From positions 96,001-160,000 of the forward strand of contig CAWDSK010000009.1 of NCBI GenBank assembly GCA_963804995.1: 64,000 nucleotides of DNA. The letters are read 5' to 3'. The notes under the pieces were generated by a model. The model was not told the DNA's origin, did no database searches, and saw only the letters and a list, made by a program, of their open reading frames with translations. Positions 40,913-52,074 of the stretch are shown in pieces; the stretch's first letter is position 1; every line of letters starts with the position of its first letter. The position numbers were made by a program, and so were the translations under genes. Origin of the DNA: an uncultured Acidobacteriota bacterium. GTDB lineage: Bacteria; Acidobacteriota; Terriglobia; UBA7540.

Positions 40913-41449
40913 TCACGGTTCCGGTTCGATCAACCCCAGTGTGCCGTCGGGACGATGGTAGATCACGTTGACGCGTTCACTGTCGGGATTGCGGAAGACA
41001 ACAGCGCCGGCGCGCGAGCGATCCAGCGCGGAGATGGCATCTTCCACGGTCATGGGCTTCAGGGGGACGCGTTCAGACTGAAGGACACGGTGCTCATCGT
41101 GGTCGACGCGCTCTGTCCCCAGAACGTTCAGCAGGACTGCAGCAGTCGGTTTGGGGCGGCGCTTGTTGCTGCGGCGGCGCTCCAACAGACGCGAGGCCTG
41201 GCGCGCCAGCTTGTCAACGGCCCCGTTGATGGAGGTCCGGGTGTCACCGGTTTCTGCTGCGCACACCAGTGTTTGGTCGTGGAATTTCAGGGTGAGTTCC
41301 GCGGTCCGCCGATGCTTTTCCGCGGTCAGGATGACGTGCAGGTCAAAGCGCTCGCCCAGCAGGCGAACGATTTTCTTAAGACGCTCCTGCGTATAGCGAC
41401 GCAGGTCCGTGCCGATTTCCACTTGCCGACCCGTATAATCAACGCGCAT
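40913..41449 (-). CDS. hpf: ribosome hibernation promoting factor (long HPF)
   Basis: YTGRQVE, KPMTVEDA, VNVIYHRPDG; follows rpoN. Confidence 0.9.
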   Translation of the reverse strand: MRVDYTGRQVEIGTDLRRYTQERLKKIVRLLGERFDLHVILTAEKHRRTAELTLKFHDQTLVCAAETGDTRTSINGAVDKLARQASRLLERRRSNKRRPKPTAAVLLNVLGTERVDHDEHRVLQSERVPLKPMTVEDAISALDRSRAGAVVFRNPDSERVNVIYHRPDGTLGLIEPEP

Positions 41450-41634
41450 AACGCCACCTCCTCAGGCTCGGAAAACAGGGATGAGGGAACCGGGCCTCCG
41501 GACTCGCGGAGCTAAGACGCGCAGGTGCGGTTCGGAATTCGGAATTTGGAGTCGATACGAGGAGAGAACCCAGGTGAGCCACGAGAGCCCCCTAACCCCT
41601 ATTCCCTGTTCCCTATGCCCTGTTCCCTAGTCCT

Positions 41635-43089
41635 TTATGCTTTTACCCGTCGTTGGTGAGTGCTCGGGATTCGCATATCCTCGCGATATTTGGCCACCGT
41701 GCGGCGTGTCACACAGTAGCCCAAATCACGCAGGCGATGAGTAATCTGCTCATCGGTCAAGGGATGCAGGGTATCCTCGTCCTCGATCATCTTCTTCACC
41801 AAACGTTTTAGGTTGATGAGGGAAGTAAGGTTGCCGGCAGGCCCTTGGACCGCTTCTGAAAAGAAATAGCGGAGCTCGTACACGCCCTGAGGGGTGTGCG
41901 CATACTTGTTGGCAACGGCGCGGCTGACGGTGGAAGGATGAACCCCCACCTCCTCCGCCACTTCTTTGATCATCATGGGCCGCAGAACATCAATTCCCTT
42001 GTCCAGAAAGTCTTTCTGGCGGCGGATGATGGCCTCACAAACGCGGATAATCGTCTGCTTACGCTGTTCGATATTCTTAATGAGCTGAATGGCCGACGTG
42101 AAGCGTTCCTTGACGTAGTTGCGGACTTCGCGCGTCGTACTGCCTTCTTCCAGCATGCGCCGGTAGTGATGGCTCAGGCGAAGCTGCGGCAGCCCATCTT
42201 CGTTCAGGATGATCTGGTACCCGTCCCCGGTGCGAACGAAGGCGACGTCGGGCTCGATCAGGCGCGCCTGCGAGCTGTTGTAGCGCTGCCCGGGACGCGG
42301 GTCGAGCTTGCGGATCAACTCCACGCAGCGCTCCACGGCCTTCACCGGACGGTCCAGGGCACGCGCAATCTCGCGATACTGCTTGTTCTGGATCTGCTTC
42401 AGGTGATCAGAAATGATCTGTTGGGCAAGCGTATTGTCAGGAGCTACAGCGTGTAACTGGATGAGCAGGCATTCGCGCACGTCCCGGGCGGCGATGCCGA
42501 GGGGGTCGAATAGCTGCACCAGCGCCAACGCCTCTTCCACATGCGGAAGTTCATGATTGCCCGACTGGGCGATTTCCTCGAGCGTCGCGGTGAGGTAACC
42601 ATCCTCATTCAGGTTGCCGATGATGGAGTGGCCAGCCTCGCGGACTTCATCCTGGCAAATCGAGAGGCTTAACTGCCACTCCAAATGGTCGGAGAGCGAA
42701 GTGGGTTGGGAGAGGAAGTTCTCAAAAGAGGGCTTCTCGATTACCTCGGCCGCAGGCGATTTATAACCCGGATCGAGGTATTCATCAAAGAAGGAGCCGA
42801 AGTCGATCTCTTCAAAGGAATCCTGACGGTCTTCGCTTGGAATGGGGTGCTCGGGGGTGGAGGCGGCGGGTTTCTCAGCCTCAGTCTTCTTGGCGACCTC
42901 TTCGAGGGATGGGACGTCTTCCGGCACTTCTTCCAGCACCGGGTTCGCGACCATTTCCTGGTTAATCATTTCGCGCAGCTCGAGCTTGTTGAGCGCGAGC
43001 ACGCTGACCATCTGAACCAGGCCGGGCGTCAGAATCTGCTTCTGCGCCACTTTAAGGTTCAAACCGATTCTAGGAGAAGGTCCACCCAT
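41635..43089 (-). CDS. rpoN: RNA polymerase sigma-54
   Basis: HPSTVSRA, RpoN box RRTVAKYRE. Confidence 0.97.
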   Translation of the reverse strand: MGGPSPRIGLNLKVAQKQILTPGLVQMVSVLALNKLELREMINQEMVANPVLEEVPEDVPSLEEVAKKTEAEKPAASTPEHPIPSEDRQDSFEEIDFGSFFDEYLDPGYKSPAAEVIEKPSFENFLSQPTSLSDHLEWQLSLSICQDEVREAGHSIIGNLNEDGYLTATLEEIAQSGNHELPHVEEALALVQLFDPLGIAARDVRECLLIQLHAVAPDNTLAQQIISDHLKQIQNKQYREIARALDRPVKAVERCVELIRKLDPRPGQRYNSSQARLIEPDVAFVRTGDGYQIILNEDGLPQLRLSHHYRRMLEEGSTTREVRNYVKERFTSAIQLIKNIEQRKQTIIRVCEAIIRRQKDFLDKGIDVLRPMMIKEVAEEVGVHPSTVSRAVANKYAHTPQGVYELRYFFSEAVQGPAGNLTSLINLKRLVKKMIEDEDTLHPLTDEQITHRLRDLGYCVTRRTVAKYREDMRIPSTHQRRVKA

Positions 43090-43110
43090 CGTTACGTTCG
43101 ATTCCTCGTA

Positions 43111-43839
43111 TCACATCGCTAAACGAAATGCGTCGCCCAGGTAGACGCGCTTGACTTCCGCGTCGTTGCCCAATTCCTCAGGCGAGCCCGCGCGGAAGAT
43201 ACGCCCGTTGTTGATAATGTAGGCGCGGTCGGTGACCTGCAAAGTCTCCCGCACATTATGGTCGGTCACCAGCACGCCGATTCCCGACTCCTTCAACCGA
43301 ACTATGATCTTCTGAATATCGAGCACCGTCAATGGGTCGATACCGGAAAAGGGTTCGTTGAGCAGAATAAAGGAGGGTGAGATCACCAGTGAGCGGGCGA
43401 TTTCCACGCGCCGCCTTTCTCCCCCGGAGAGCAAATAGCCATAACTCCGGCGAACCTGCTGCAAGCCCAATTCCTCGATCAACTCCTCCAAACGCGCCCG
43501 ACGCTGGTCAGCCGTCAAGGGAAGCGTCTCCAGCACGGCCATTATATTCTCTTCCACAGTAAGTTTGCGAAATATGGAAGGCTCTTGAGGGAGGTAGCTG
43601 ATTCCTTGCCTCGCCCGGAGATACATGGGAAGGCCCGTGATGTCCACCCCGTCGAGGAGAACCTGGCCTGCGTCCGGGCTGGTCAGGCCAACAATGATGT
43701 AGAACGTGGTGGTCTTACCCGCACCATTTGGTCCGAGCAGGCCCACCACCTCGCCCTGCGCGATCCTAAGGTTAATGTCATCAACAACCTTGCGGCCTTT
43801 GTACGATTTCGTCAGATCTGCTGTGGAGAGAATTTGCAT
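43111..43839 (-). CDS. lptB: LPS export ABC ATPase (Walker B reads LLNEP)
   Basis: [40 protein letters not shown]; upstream of rpoN. Confidence 0.95.
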   Translation of the reverse strand: MQILSTADLTKSYKGRKVVDDINLRIAQGEVVGLLGPNGAGKTTTFYIIVGLTSPDAGQVLLDGVDITGLPMYLRARQGISYLPQEPSIFRKLTVEENIMAVLETLPLTADQRRARLEELIEELGLQQVRRSYGYLLSGGERRRVEIARSLVISPSFILLNEPFSGIDPLTVLDIQKIIVRLKESGIGVLVTDHNVRETLQVTDRAYIINNGRIFRAGSPEELGNDAEVKRVYLGDAFRLAM

Positions 43840-43845
43840 TGTCGC

Positions 43846-46185
43846 TCATGGCGCGACGCGGTGCTTGGAAAGTGAGGGTGATTTTTCACCTCCATCCACA
43901 AAAAGCCTATCATCGTGAATGAAGAATGTCAAACGCTGGCCTGTCGTGAAGCCCTTTTCCTCATCAAGTAGACTCGGTGGACCACCGGTCAGGACGATCT
44001 TTCCGGGTCCGGCGAAGTAATCGCCGTGATCGCCCGACCCGCGCCGGCCTGGTTGCGTCACCTTCACATGGCCGTCTGCTTCTGCATGGTCCACTTCAGA
44101 GCCTTCCACCGTGTCTCCCTGGGTGAAATATACGTCCAACCGATCGGATAGGAGCGTCGTAGTCTCGGTCACCAACTGCACGTTGCCATGATAGCGAGCC
44201 CTTCGCCCCTGGTCGAGGTATTCCAGTAAGTCCGCGCGCACCGTCACCGGCCGCGTATCACCCGCGACCGGCGGGGCAGCGCTTTCTTCCTTGATAAGCG
44301 AAGCCGGCTGCAAGTAACTCGTCACCACCTGTGAGCCGGAACTGACCCGCCGCTCGGTGCGGTAAACATCCAGCGCCGAGGATTCCACTACGTCAGTCCC
44401 TTGCCAAGCCCTTACATGCCCTTCGTAGTGAATGGTATTGCTATGGGGCTGCGCCACCATGCGATCTGCCAGAACATTGGTGGGAGAAGTCGGAGTGGCA
44501 GTGGGCGGGGCGCCAGCGGGGCGGACGGGCAAATGGACCGCCTGCACCTTGCCTTCACCGGTCGAAGTGTCAGTTTTAAGATCAATGGTTACCCTCTGGC
44601 ACTTGATGTGGCTGGTGGCGTCCCAGACTTGCGGGTGACCGAGCAATAACAGGCTTTGTGTCTGGACATCATAGTGGGCCTCGTCCCCACTTGCCTGGCG
44701 GTCACCCTCGTGGAATTGGAAATTGCCGGTCTGCCGCATTTCGCGTAATGTCTGCGAGCCGACGTTAAAGCTGGTGTTGAGGCTGTCTGCCGTGCTTTCC
44801 TGGGGGAAAGTGTTGGGGGGTGCCGTGGCCGCCGGGCGGAAAAGCACCCGCGTGGGGGCAGTCCCGTGTAGCGCTTCCATACGGCTGCGCGTGTCAAAAG
44901 CCATCAGGAATTGCCCCGCCGTAATGACCCGCTGGCCAACTTTGGGATCTGCGGGGCTAATCAGGAGCGTACCGGCACCGTCGGTTACCGCGTCCCGCAG
45001 GCTCTGGCCGTCCGGCCGGAAGCTGAAGTGCATCTGGGCGGCCGTCAGATCTTTCTTCTCGGGCCCGGCCGGGCGTGCCGCGGTGTTTTGTGGAGTATTG
45101 ATCACGGGCTGCGACTCGACGGCCAAGTGCACGTTACCGGAAGCCACACCGCGCTGCGCCAGGGGGTGCTGCCCCGCGAAGTCCAAGTTGAGCTTCTGGG
45201 CGGTAAGCCGGCTGGTGCTTCCCTTGCCCTTTGACTCGCCGGTTACGTCTCGTTCCGCTGTGAGATGACGCAACTGGCCGGAGGCAGTATCGAATTCCCC
45301 ATGCGCGTGGCCGGCGCTGATTTGAACGTTGCGGACCGCGCTCACGTCATAGGCTTTCACATTTCCATCCAGGTCCGCATGCGTTACACGATTGTGGTCG
45401 TCGAGCACGACCTGGGCGCTATCCGCAAGGGCCCGCCGCGCGCCCTGGGTAACTTCCACCGGGCCGGCCAGTGTGACCCTTCCCACCTCCTTGTCATAAC
45501 GAAGCTCGGAGGCGGTCAGCCGCAGGGGCGGTTCAGGCTTCTTCTCGCTTCCCTGTTGGAGATCAATCGCGACGTTGTGTTTCAGCTCAATCCAGCCCTG
45601 GTTCGTGGCGTAAACCATCCCCAGTGCCGTACCACTGGCAGGGCCCAGGCGAAACTTGACCGGCTCGTTGGTGTCCGCCAGCTCGTTTCCCTGGTTGAAG
45701 GTGACTTTGGAGGTTTCCAGAAACACCGGATGTTTCCCACGCAAGCCCGCATCGGGCGCCTCGCGGGCCTGGGTATTCAACTCAATTTCCACGGGTCCGG
45801 AGGTGACAAAATCGCCTGACTTCGAATCGTATTGGCAACTGTGGGTGCGCAGGGTGTCGTGGCGGTCACCTTTGCGGCCGAAGATCTCCACGAGCACGTC
45901 TTCCAGCCTTGTGGTCTTGCCTTCCTCCAGTGCCACCGTGCGCGCCGCGTGTACCGTGAAGATCGCCCGGCCTTCGTCATTCCGCGTAAAGGTGTAGCCG
46001 GAGAGCTGCTGATGGACTTCGGGAGGGGGACTGGGAGTAATCGGCAACGGCTTCTCATTGCGCGTTGCCCTCAGCCAGTAGGTGAGGCCGATGGCCAGAG
46101 CGGTCACAGACAAGCCACCCACCAACAAGCCTGTCAGGATTCTCCGGCGCCGCACTCGTCCCAAACTTAGTCCCGTAGTTGCCAC
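43846..46185 (-). CDS. LptC/LptA (OstA) multi-jellyroll protein
   Basis: N-terminal TM, repeated beta-jellyroll segments, upstream of lptB; ORF-track start lies inside a REP so GTG 46185 chosen. Confidence 0.8.
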   Translation of the reverse strand: MATTGLSLGRVRRRRILTGLLVGGLSVTALAIGLTYWLRATRNEKPLPITPSPPPEVHQQLSGYTFTRNDEGRAIFTVHAARTVALEEGKTTRLEDVLVEIFGRKGDRHDTLRTHSCQYDSKSGDFVTSGPVEIELNTQAREAPDAGLRGKHPVFLETSKVTFNQGNELADTNEPVKFRLGPASGTALGMVYATNQGWIELKHNVAIDLQQGSEKKPEPPLRLTASELRYDKEVGRVTLAGPVEVTQGARRALADSAQVVLDDHNRVTHADLDGNVKAYDVSAVRNVQISAGHAHGEFDTASGQLRHLTAERDVTGESKGKGSTSRLTAQKLNLDFAGQHPLAQRGVASGNVHLAVESQPVINTPQNTAARPAGPEKKDLTAAQMHFSFRPDGQSLRDAVTDGAGTLLISPADPKVGQRVITAGQFLMAFDTRSRMEALHGTAPTRVLFRPAATAPPNTFPQESTADSLNTSFNVGSQTLREMRQTGNFQFHEGDRQASGDEAHYDVQTQSLLLLGHPQVWDATSHIKCQRVTIDLKTDTSTGEGKVQAVHLPVRPAGAPPTATPTSPTNVLADRMVAQPHSNTIHYEGHVRAWQGTDVVESSALDVYRTERRVSSGSQVVTSYLQPASLIKEESAAPPVAGDTRPVTVRADLLEYLDQGRRARYHGNVQLVTETTTLLSDRLDVYFTQGDTVEGSEVDHAEADGHVKVTQPGRRGSGDHGDYFAGPGKIVLTGGPPSLLDEEKGFTTGQRLTFFIHDDRLFVDGGEKSPSLSKHRVAP

Positions 46186-46279
46186 GACCCACTTGCTCCG
46201 TTCGCGATCAGAAGATCCTTTAGTAGCGCCGGGCTTCAGTCCGGCACATGCCGACCCTTCGCTCCGTTCAGGGCAGGCT

Positions 46280-47980
46280 CTAAAGGGCAGCGCCACTTAC
46301 CACTAAATCCTTAACAACGAGTTGCAGACTGCTGACATCCTGATAGTTGTTCTCTTCGAGCGTAAAAGCAAGGTCCACCTGCTGGCCTGCCTCAAGAGCC
46401 GGTGCGCGCGACGCCCAGCCCCAGCCAATCGCGTCGAGAGAGCGCACCGCCTGGCCCACTCGCATCTTTAGATGCTTATCCTGAAGAATGCGCGGCCTGG
46501 CCAGCAACTGCACGCCGCAGGCGCCAAACACGGGCGTGGGATTGCCCATTCCAAAGGGTTCGAGCTCAGTAAGCTCGCGGTAAAGCGGCCAGTCCATCTG
46601 CGACAAATCCACCTGCGCGTCCACTCGCACCACGGGCTCAAGGTCCGCTGGTGAGAGCACGGTGCGCCCGTAATCTTCGAACCGCCGCACAAGTTCCGGC
46701 ACACGCTCCTCGGGCAGGGCGAAACCCGCTGCCTGGGCGTGTCCGCCGAAGCGCTCAAAGAGGTCGCTGACGGTGGTGAGGGCCTCGAGCAAATGAAACT
46801 TCTTGATGGAGCGTCCGGAGCCCACGCCCACGCCGTCTTCAATGCCAATCACCAGCGTGGGACGATGATAGCGCTCCACCACGCGTTGCGCCACAATCCC
46901 GATCACGCCGCGATGCCACCCCGGACCCGCCAGCACCAGGGTGCGGCGGCTTTCTAGGCTGGCGTCACCCTCCAACTGCTTGAAGATCTCGCGCAGGATT
47001 TCCTCTTCCACGCGCTGCCGCTCCCGGTTCAGCCGGTCCAGGCGTTCGGCGATTTCGCGGGTGCGGGCAGGGTCAGGAAGTGTGAAAAGGTCTATCACGT
47101 CGCGCGCATTTTCCATGCGTCCCGCAGCATTCAGGCGTGGCGCCAGGCGAAAGCCCACGTCACCCGCGCTGATTTCCTTCCCTGCCAGGCCTGCAAATTC
47201 AATCAACGCTTCCAGTCCTGATTGCGCGGGCTGGCGCAATCCTTCCAGGCCAAAGCGCGCGATGACCCGATTCTCACCGAGCAGGGGCACCACGTCCGCA
47301 ATCGTGCCGATGGCCACAATCTTCAAATAGGATTGTAGAAGCCGCTCCGTCAGCCGCTCGCCCAACAGCGCCTGCGCCAGCTTGAAGGCCACGCCCACAC
47401 CCGCCAGCGATTTTTCCGGATACGCGCAGTCCGGCCGGCGGGGGTTCAGTATGGCGCAAGCGGGCGGCAAGTGGCCATCGGGCAAGTGATGGTCGGTGAC
47501 GATGCAGTCGACGCCCAGTTCGCGCGCGCGGGCCAGAACCACGTGCTCGCGAATCCCCGTGTCCACGCTGATCACCACGCGGAAGCCCCGGGCCGCGGCT
47601 TCCTCGATTACCGGCACGCGCATGCCGTAGCCATCGGTGAGGCGATGCGGAACGTGGGCCTCAACCTCCGCGCCGCGCGCACGCAATGCCGTAAGCAGCA
47701 CCACGACGGCCATGGTGCCGTCCACATCGTAGTCGCCGTAAATCAGGATTTTTTCCCGCTGGGCAAGGGCGCGTCCCAGCCGCTCAACTGCCTCACGCAT
47801 GCCTGCCATGCGTTCCGGGGCGTGAAGCTGGGTGAGGCTGGGGTGCAGGAAGTCGTAAGCCGCGGTGGGCTCAACCAGGCCGCGCTCCACAAGCAAGCGC
47901 GCCACGAGCGGTGAGACCTTCAACTCGCGCACCAATCGGCCGGTAGATAATGAATCGGTCGGAGACTCTAGCCACCGCAT
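46280..47980 (-). CDS. recJ: ssDNA exonuclease RecJ
   Basis: YGDYDVDG, TDHH, GTIADVVPL, PRLNAAGR, GGHAQAAG. Confidence 0.97.
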   Translation of the reverse strand: MRWLESPTDSLSTGRLVRELKVSPLVARLLVERGLVEPTAAYDFLHPSLTQLHAPERMAGMREAVERLGRALAQREKILIYGDYDVDGTMAVVVLLTALRARGAEVEAHVPHRLTDGYGMRVPVIEEAAARGFRVVISVDTGIREHVVLARARELGVDCIVTDHHLPDGHLPPACAILNPRRPDCAYPEKSLAGVGVAFKLAQALLGERLTERLLQSYLKIVAIGTIADVVPLLGENRVIARFGLEGLRQPAQSGLEALIEFAGLAGKEISAGDVGFRLAPRLNAAGRMENARDVIDLFTLPDPARTREIAERLDRLNRERQRVEEEILREIFKQLEGDASLESRRTLVLAGPGWHRGVIGIVAQRVVERYHRPTLVIGIEDGVGVGSGRSIKKFHLLEALTTVSDLFERFGGHAQAAGFALPEERVPELVRRFEDYGRTVLSPADLEPVVRVDAQVDLSQMDWPLYRELTELEPFGMGNPTPVFGACGVQLLARPRILQDKHLKMRVGQAVRSLDAIGWGWASRAPALEAGQQVDLAFTLEENNYQDVSSLQLVVKDLVVSGAAL

Positions 47981-48337
47981 GGGTTAAGACGTATGGTGAC
48001 AGAGGACGGCCAGGGTTGCAAGTTGGGAGGGGAAGTACGTACGGCCGAACGGCGTTCGGCCCGGGCCAGCGGCGATGCGCGGAGGGGTTCGTAGCGCGGT
48101 CCCCCGTCTTTGGGGTCCGCGGTTCTTCTTCTGCAAAACCCACAAATCTCATACACGAGTTGCTGCATACGTTCGCTCAAATGGCGCAGGAAGAGCCGCC
48201 CCGATGCATCGGGGCGCCACAGGGGCGCGCTGCCTTCTGCTTTCTGCCTTCCGCCTTTCCCGACTTGTCGGGACTCGCACCAAACGCTCGCCGCCTTCTG
48301 CCTACTGCTTTCTGCCTTCCGCTCTTTCCCTGCTCTC

Positions 48338-49393
48338 CTAAGCGGCGCATTCCTGCACGGCTTCATACAACGCCAGGATATTTGCCGTGGGAGTATTGGG
48401 CTGAAGGTTATGGCAAGGGGCCACCACATACCCTTTGCCCTGGCGAAAGATGCGGATGTTATCGGCCACCTCGCGCCTCACGTTGTCCGGTGTGCCAAAC
48501 GGCAGGGTCTGCTGATTATCCACGCCGCCATGAAACACCACCAACTTCCCGAAATCCCGCGCCAGTTCCTCGCGCTCCATTCCCTTGCAGCGCCACTGGA
48601 TGGGATTAAGGACATCGATCCCCATCTCGATCAGTTCCGCCAGCAGGGGCCGAATGGCGCCGTCATCATGGTGCATCACCTTGACGCCGAAGGAGTGCGC
48701 GAGGTCGATCATCTTGCGCATCCCGGGCTTGAGGTACCGGCGGAAGGTTGCCGGACTCATCAGCAGAGTGTCCTGCGTGCCCAGGTCTTCGGCGACGTAG
48801 ATGAAATCGATCAGCCCGTGGGCTGCCTCAAGGGTACGGCGAATGACCGACTCGTGGATGGTGTAGATGCGCTCGAGCGCAGCTTCCGCCACCGCAGGAT
48901 TGAGCGCAAGGTCAGCCAGAGCCTGCTCCATGCCCCGCAGCCGGCAGTAAAGGTAGAACGGCTCGTAGCACCCACCCAGGATGGGGTAAGACTGCCACGC
49001 TGCGCACTTGGCCCGCACGCCGGCCACGTTCCAATCCATCGGATCCGGCCAGGCGAAGCGCTCGACGTCCGCCGCGGTTTGAGCCGTCCCGAGCGGGTTT
49101 GAGACAGCCTCTTCGTAAGTTCCCAGACCGTCCCCGTATGAGATGTTCCTGACTTCCACGTGCCAGATGCTCCAGAGCGATTGCATGTGCCAGGTGTCTT
49201 CGGTGGCCAGCCGATGCGTGGGACCGAGAAGCACCAGCTTGTCGATTCCCAACCGCTCCCAGAGCGCTCGTTCCGAAGCGCATCCCAGCTCTTTGCGGAG
49301 CCGGTCGGTGACCTCAGCCGTAGCCCAGTAGTCGCACAAGACTTGAGGCTCCCCCGCTAGAAGTGCCAACCAACGGTCTCGAGGTGTCAACAT
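48338..49393 (-). CDS. uroporphyrinogen decarboxylase-family protein
   Basis: EDLGTQ, HDDGAI, NPIQ, FHGGVDNQ, APCHNLQ. Confidence 0.85.
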   Translation of the reverse strand: MLTPRDRWLALLAGEPQVLCDYWATAEVTDRLRKELGCASERALWERLGIDKLVLLGPTHRLATEDTWHMQSLWSIWHVEVRNISYGDGLGTYEEAVSNPLGTAQTAADVERFAWPDPMDWNVAGVRAKCAAWQSYPILGGCYEPFYLYCRLRGMEQALADLALNPAVAEAALERIYTIHESVIRRTLEAAHGLIDFIYVAEDLGTQDTLLMSPATFRRYLKPGMRKMIDLAHSFGVKVMHHDDGAIRPLLAELIEMGIDVLNPIQWRCKGMEREELARDFGKLVVFHGGVDNQQTLPFGTPDNVRREVADNIRIFRQGKGYVVAPCHNLQPNTPTANILALYEAVQECAA

Positions 49394-49975
49394 GCGAATC
49401 TCCCTAGCCTTCCAGGGCCCCGCGCTGGTGAAAGGATGGCGCGATTAGACAGCCACTTTACCCTTGATGCAAGCCCAAAATCTCGCGCCCCGGCGTAGCG
49501 CAGGGCGCCGGAGTCCCAAATGAAAAGTGAGAGGCAAAACGCGTGAGGGTGGGAACGATGGTGGGACAAGGCGCGCTATGCCGCTCGGAGAGTAACAAGT
49601 GGGACAGTCCCCGCATTGACAACATGTCGCGGGCCTGCAATAACCGGGTGGGAGAGCGGGCGAGGTTGAGCCCGATCCCTTCGCCCGCCCGGATGTGTGG
49701 ATTTCCCACCTCCGGCTCGCACCTTAACCCTCGCCAAACTGAGAACCACAGCGTCTCGATGCCGGTGGCACCCCGCGGTAGAGGCGCAACCCAACGATCG
49801 AGCCGTTCTTATTTTCGTAATACTACAAATGGCACAGAATTCTTGTTAACAAAACAGGAAATCGTGGTATTGCACTGCAGGGCCCGCGGTCCGGTCCCTT
49901 CGCTCAGCTCCGGGCCGAAGGGCGGGCCCTGCGCTACGTTGTCGGCCCGCGCTCGCTTCAGGAGCTGCCCGCCTG

Positions 49976-50267
49976 CATTTTGAGCAGCACCACACCCCCT
50001 GTCATCCTGAGCCCGTACTTGGGGCGAAGGACCCCTGTAGTTCGCTCTTCCCAGTGCGCCGCGATAAACTGCCGAGGTCCTTCGGCCCGAAAGAACCGGG
50101 CCTCAGGATGACAGTGGGTTACGTGCGTGCTTTCCTTTTCGGGGGGTGGCGCCGATATCGCATTTTATGTTGGCGACCGCTAAGAAGCCAGAACCGGCTA
50201 CGGATAGGACGCGGTGACAGGAATGTTGCCCGGGTTCGTGGTGCGCCCCGATGCATCGGGGCGCCAC
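49976..50267 (+). repeat. about 292-bp direct repeat, copy 1 (copy 2 at 51293-51584)
   Basis: contains TGTCATCCTGAG...CTCAGGATGACA and palindrome GCCCCGATGCATCGGGGC. Confidence 0.9.
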
Positions 50268-50364
50268 TCGCCGTCAGGGCGGCGCTGACCGTGGGCTTGT
50301 ATCTACCCGCTTGACGGAGGGGGACCCCGCGCGGTACGGTGGGGGAGGTCGGAAAGGAGCACCC

Positions 50365-50616
50365 ATGACGATCACGGTTGATATCACCCCCGAGGTTAAG
50401 GCCGCGCTGGCACGCCAGGCTGCCACGCAAGGCCGGGCGCTCGAAGCCTATGCCGCCGGTCTTCTCGAAGAAGCCGCACGTCTTTCATCCGGCGCTGTGC
50501 AAGCCGCGAATCTGGTCGATCTTTGCGAACCTGTCCGGGGATTGCTTGGGGACGATGAGATCGATCGCCTGTTCAACCGCAATCCCTCCACCGGCCGCCC
50601 GGTGGACTTGTCATGA
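50365..50616 (+). CDS. antitoxin
   Basis: MTITVDITPEVKAALARQA; AAGGAG RBS; ATGA overlap with toxin. Confidence 0.8.
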   Translation: MTITVDITPEVKAALARQAATQGRALEAYAAGLLEEAARLSSGAVQAANLVDLCEPVRGLLGDDEIDRLFNRNPSTGRPVDLS

Positions 50617-51041
50617 GAGGCTATCTTCTCGACACCAACATTCCATCGGAAACACTGCGCCCCCGCCCGGACGCTAACGTCGCCGCATGGCTCAAAAGTC
50701 AAGCTAAGGATTCCCAGTTTCTCAGCGTCGTGACGATGGGAGAGCTTCGTAAGGGCGCTACGCTTCTTCCTCTGAGTGACAAGCGCACCCAAATAGACCA
50801 ATTCATCGATGTGCTCATCCCATCGTGGTTTGCCGGGCGCATTCTTCCTGTGACGCAGGCAATTGCCGAGCGATGGGGTGTCTTAGAGGGCCAGCGGTTG
50901 CTCGCGGGGCGGCCTCTTGGCGCCGCGGATGGCATGATCGCCGCCACGGCACTGGAACACGACCTTACCCTCGTGACACGCAACGTGAAGGACTTTACCG
51001 ATCTCGGCGTGGTTCTTCTCAACCCCTGGGACGCGGTGTGA
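50613..51041 (+). CDS. vapC: VapC/PIN toxin
   Basis: YLLDTNIPSE, DGMIAATA, VTRNVKDF, NPW. Confidence 0.92.
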   Translation: MRGYLLDTNIPSETLRPRPDANVAAWLKSQAKDSQFLSVVTMGELRKGATLLPLSDKRTQIDQFIDVLIPSWFAGRILPVTQAIAERWGVLEGQRLLAGRPLGAADGMIAATALEHDLTLVTRNVKDFTDLGVVLLNPWDAV

Positions 51042-52074
51042 ATGTTCACGCCGGGGCGCTGCGCCCACCTCGAAACCAGAGCCTCAACAACCTCTCCGGT
51101 GGCACCCCGATGTAGCGGGGTGTCCAAGGCGAGTGCCTCCCACGCAGCGCACACCCCGACGCATCGGGGTGCTACCGAAGCCAGAACCGGCCGCGGATTG
51201 GACGCGGTGACAGAGAGGTTGCCCGGGTTCGTGGCGCGCCCCGATGCATCGGGGCGCCACCCACGATTGCACCGACCGTGCCTGCCTACATTCATTTTGA
51301 GCAGCACCACTCCCACTGTCATCCTGAGCCCGTACTTGGGGCGAAGGCCCCCTGTAGTTCGCTCTTCCCAGTGCGCCGCGATAAACTGCCGAGGTCCTTC
51401 GGTCCGAAAGAACCGGGCCTCAGGATGACAGTGGGTTACGTGCGTGCTTTCCTTTTCGGGGGGTGGCGCTGAGATTGTATTTTATGTCGGCGACCGTTAA
51501 GAAGCCAGAACAGGCCACGGATAGCACGCGGTGACAGAGATGTTGCCCGTGTTCGTGGGACGCCCCGATGCATCGGGGCGCCACCCGCCGGCCCTCCTGC
51601 CCATTCAATACCTTTTGCCTTTGGTTTACTGGCGCACCCTGATGCGCGAGGCATCGACGGTGATCAATTTTCCCCGATAGTGTTCCATGCGCGGATGGAG
51701 TTCGAAATACGGTAATGAGATTGGAGACGCAATGATCGGCGAAAAGGCGCAACGCCATCAGGCGGTGACCTCAAATTCGGCCAGGTCACGCGCGTAGTCG
51801 AGGCAGGCGGCAATCTGCTGAGGAAGACCGCAAAGTTGCACCACCAAGACACCAAGGCACAAAGGAATAGCTGGAAGCGAAGAATCCCGTGCCGCCTTGA
51901 CCCAGGCCCCACTGTAACCACCCCGTCCCTCAGCTTTCTTGATGCCTTGGTGGTGGAAACAAATCTGGGATCTGAGGCGCTTTCACCGACGACAAAAATG
52001 AACCACCAAGTCACTAAGACACAAAGAAGGAGCTAGAGGAAGGGGCTTGAAAAACGGGTCAGTGCTGCCTCAAA

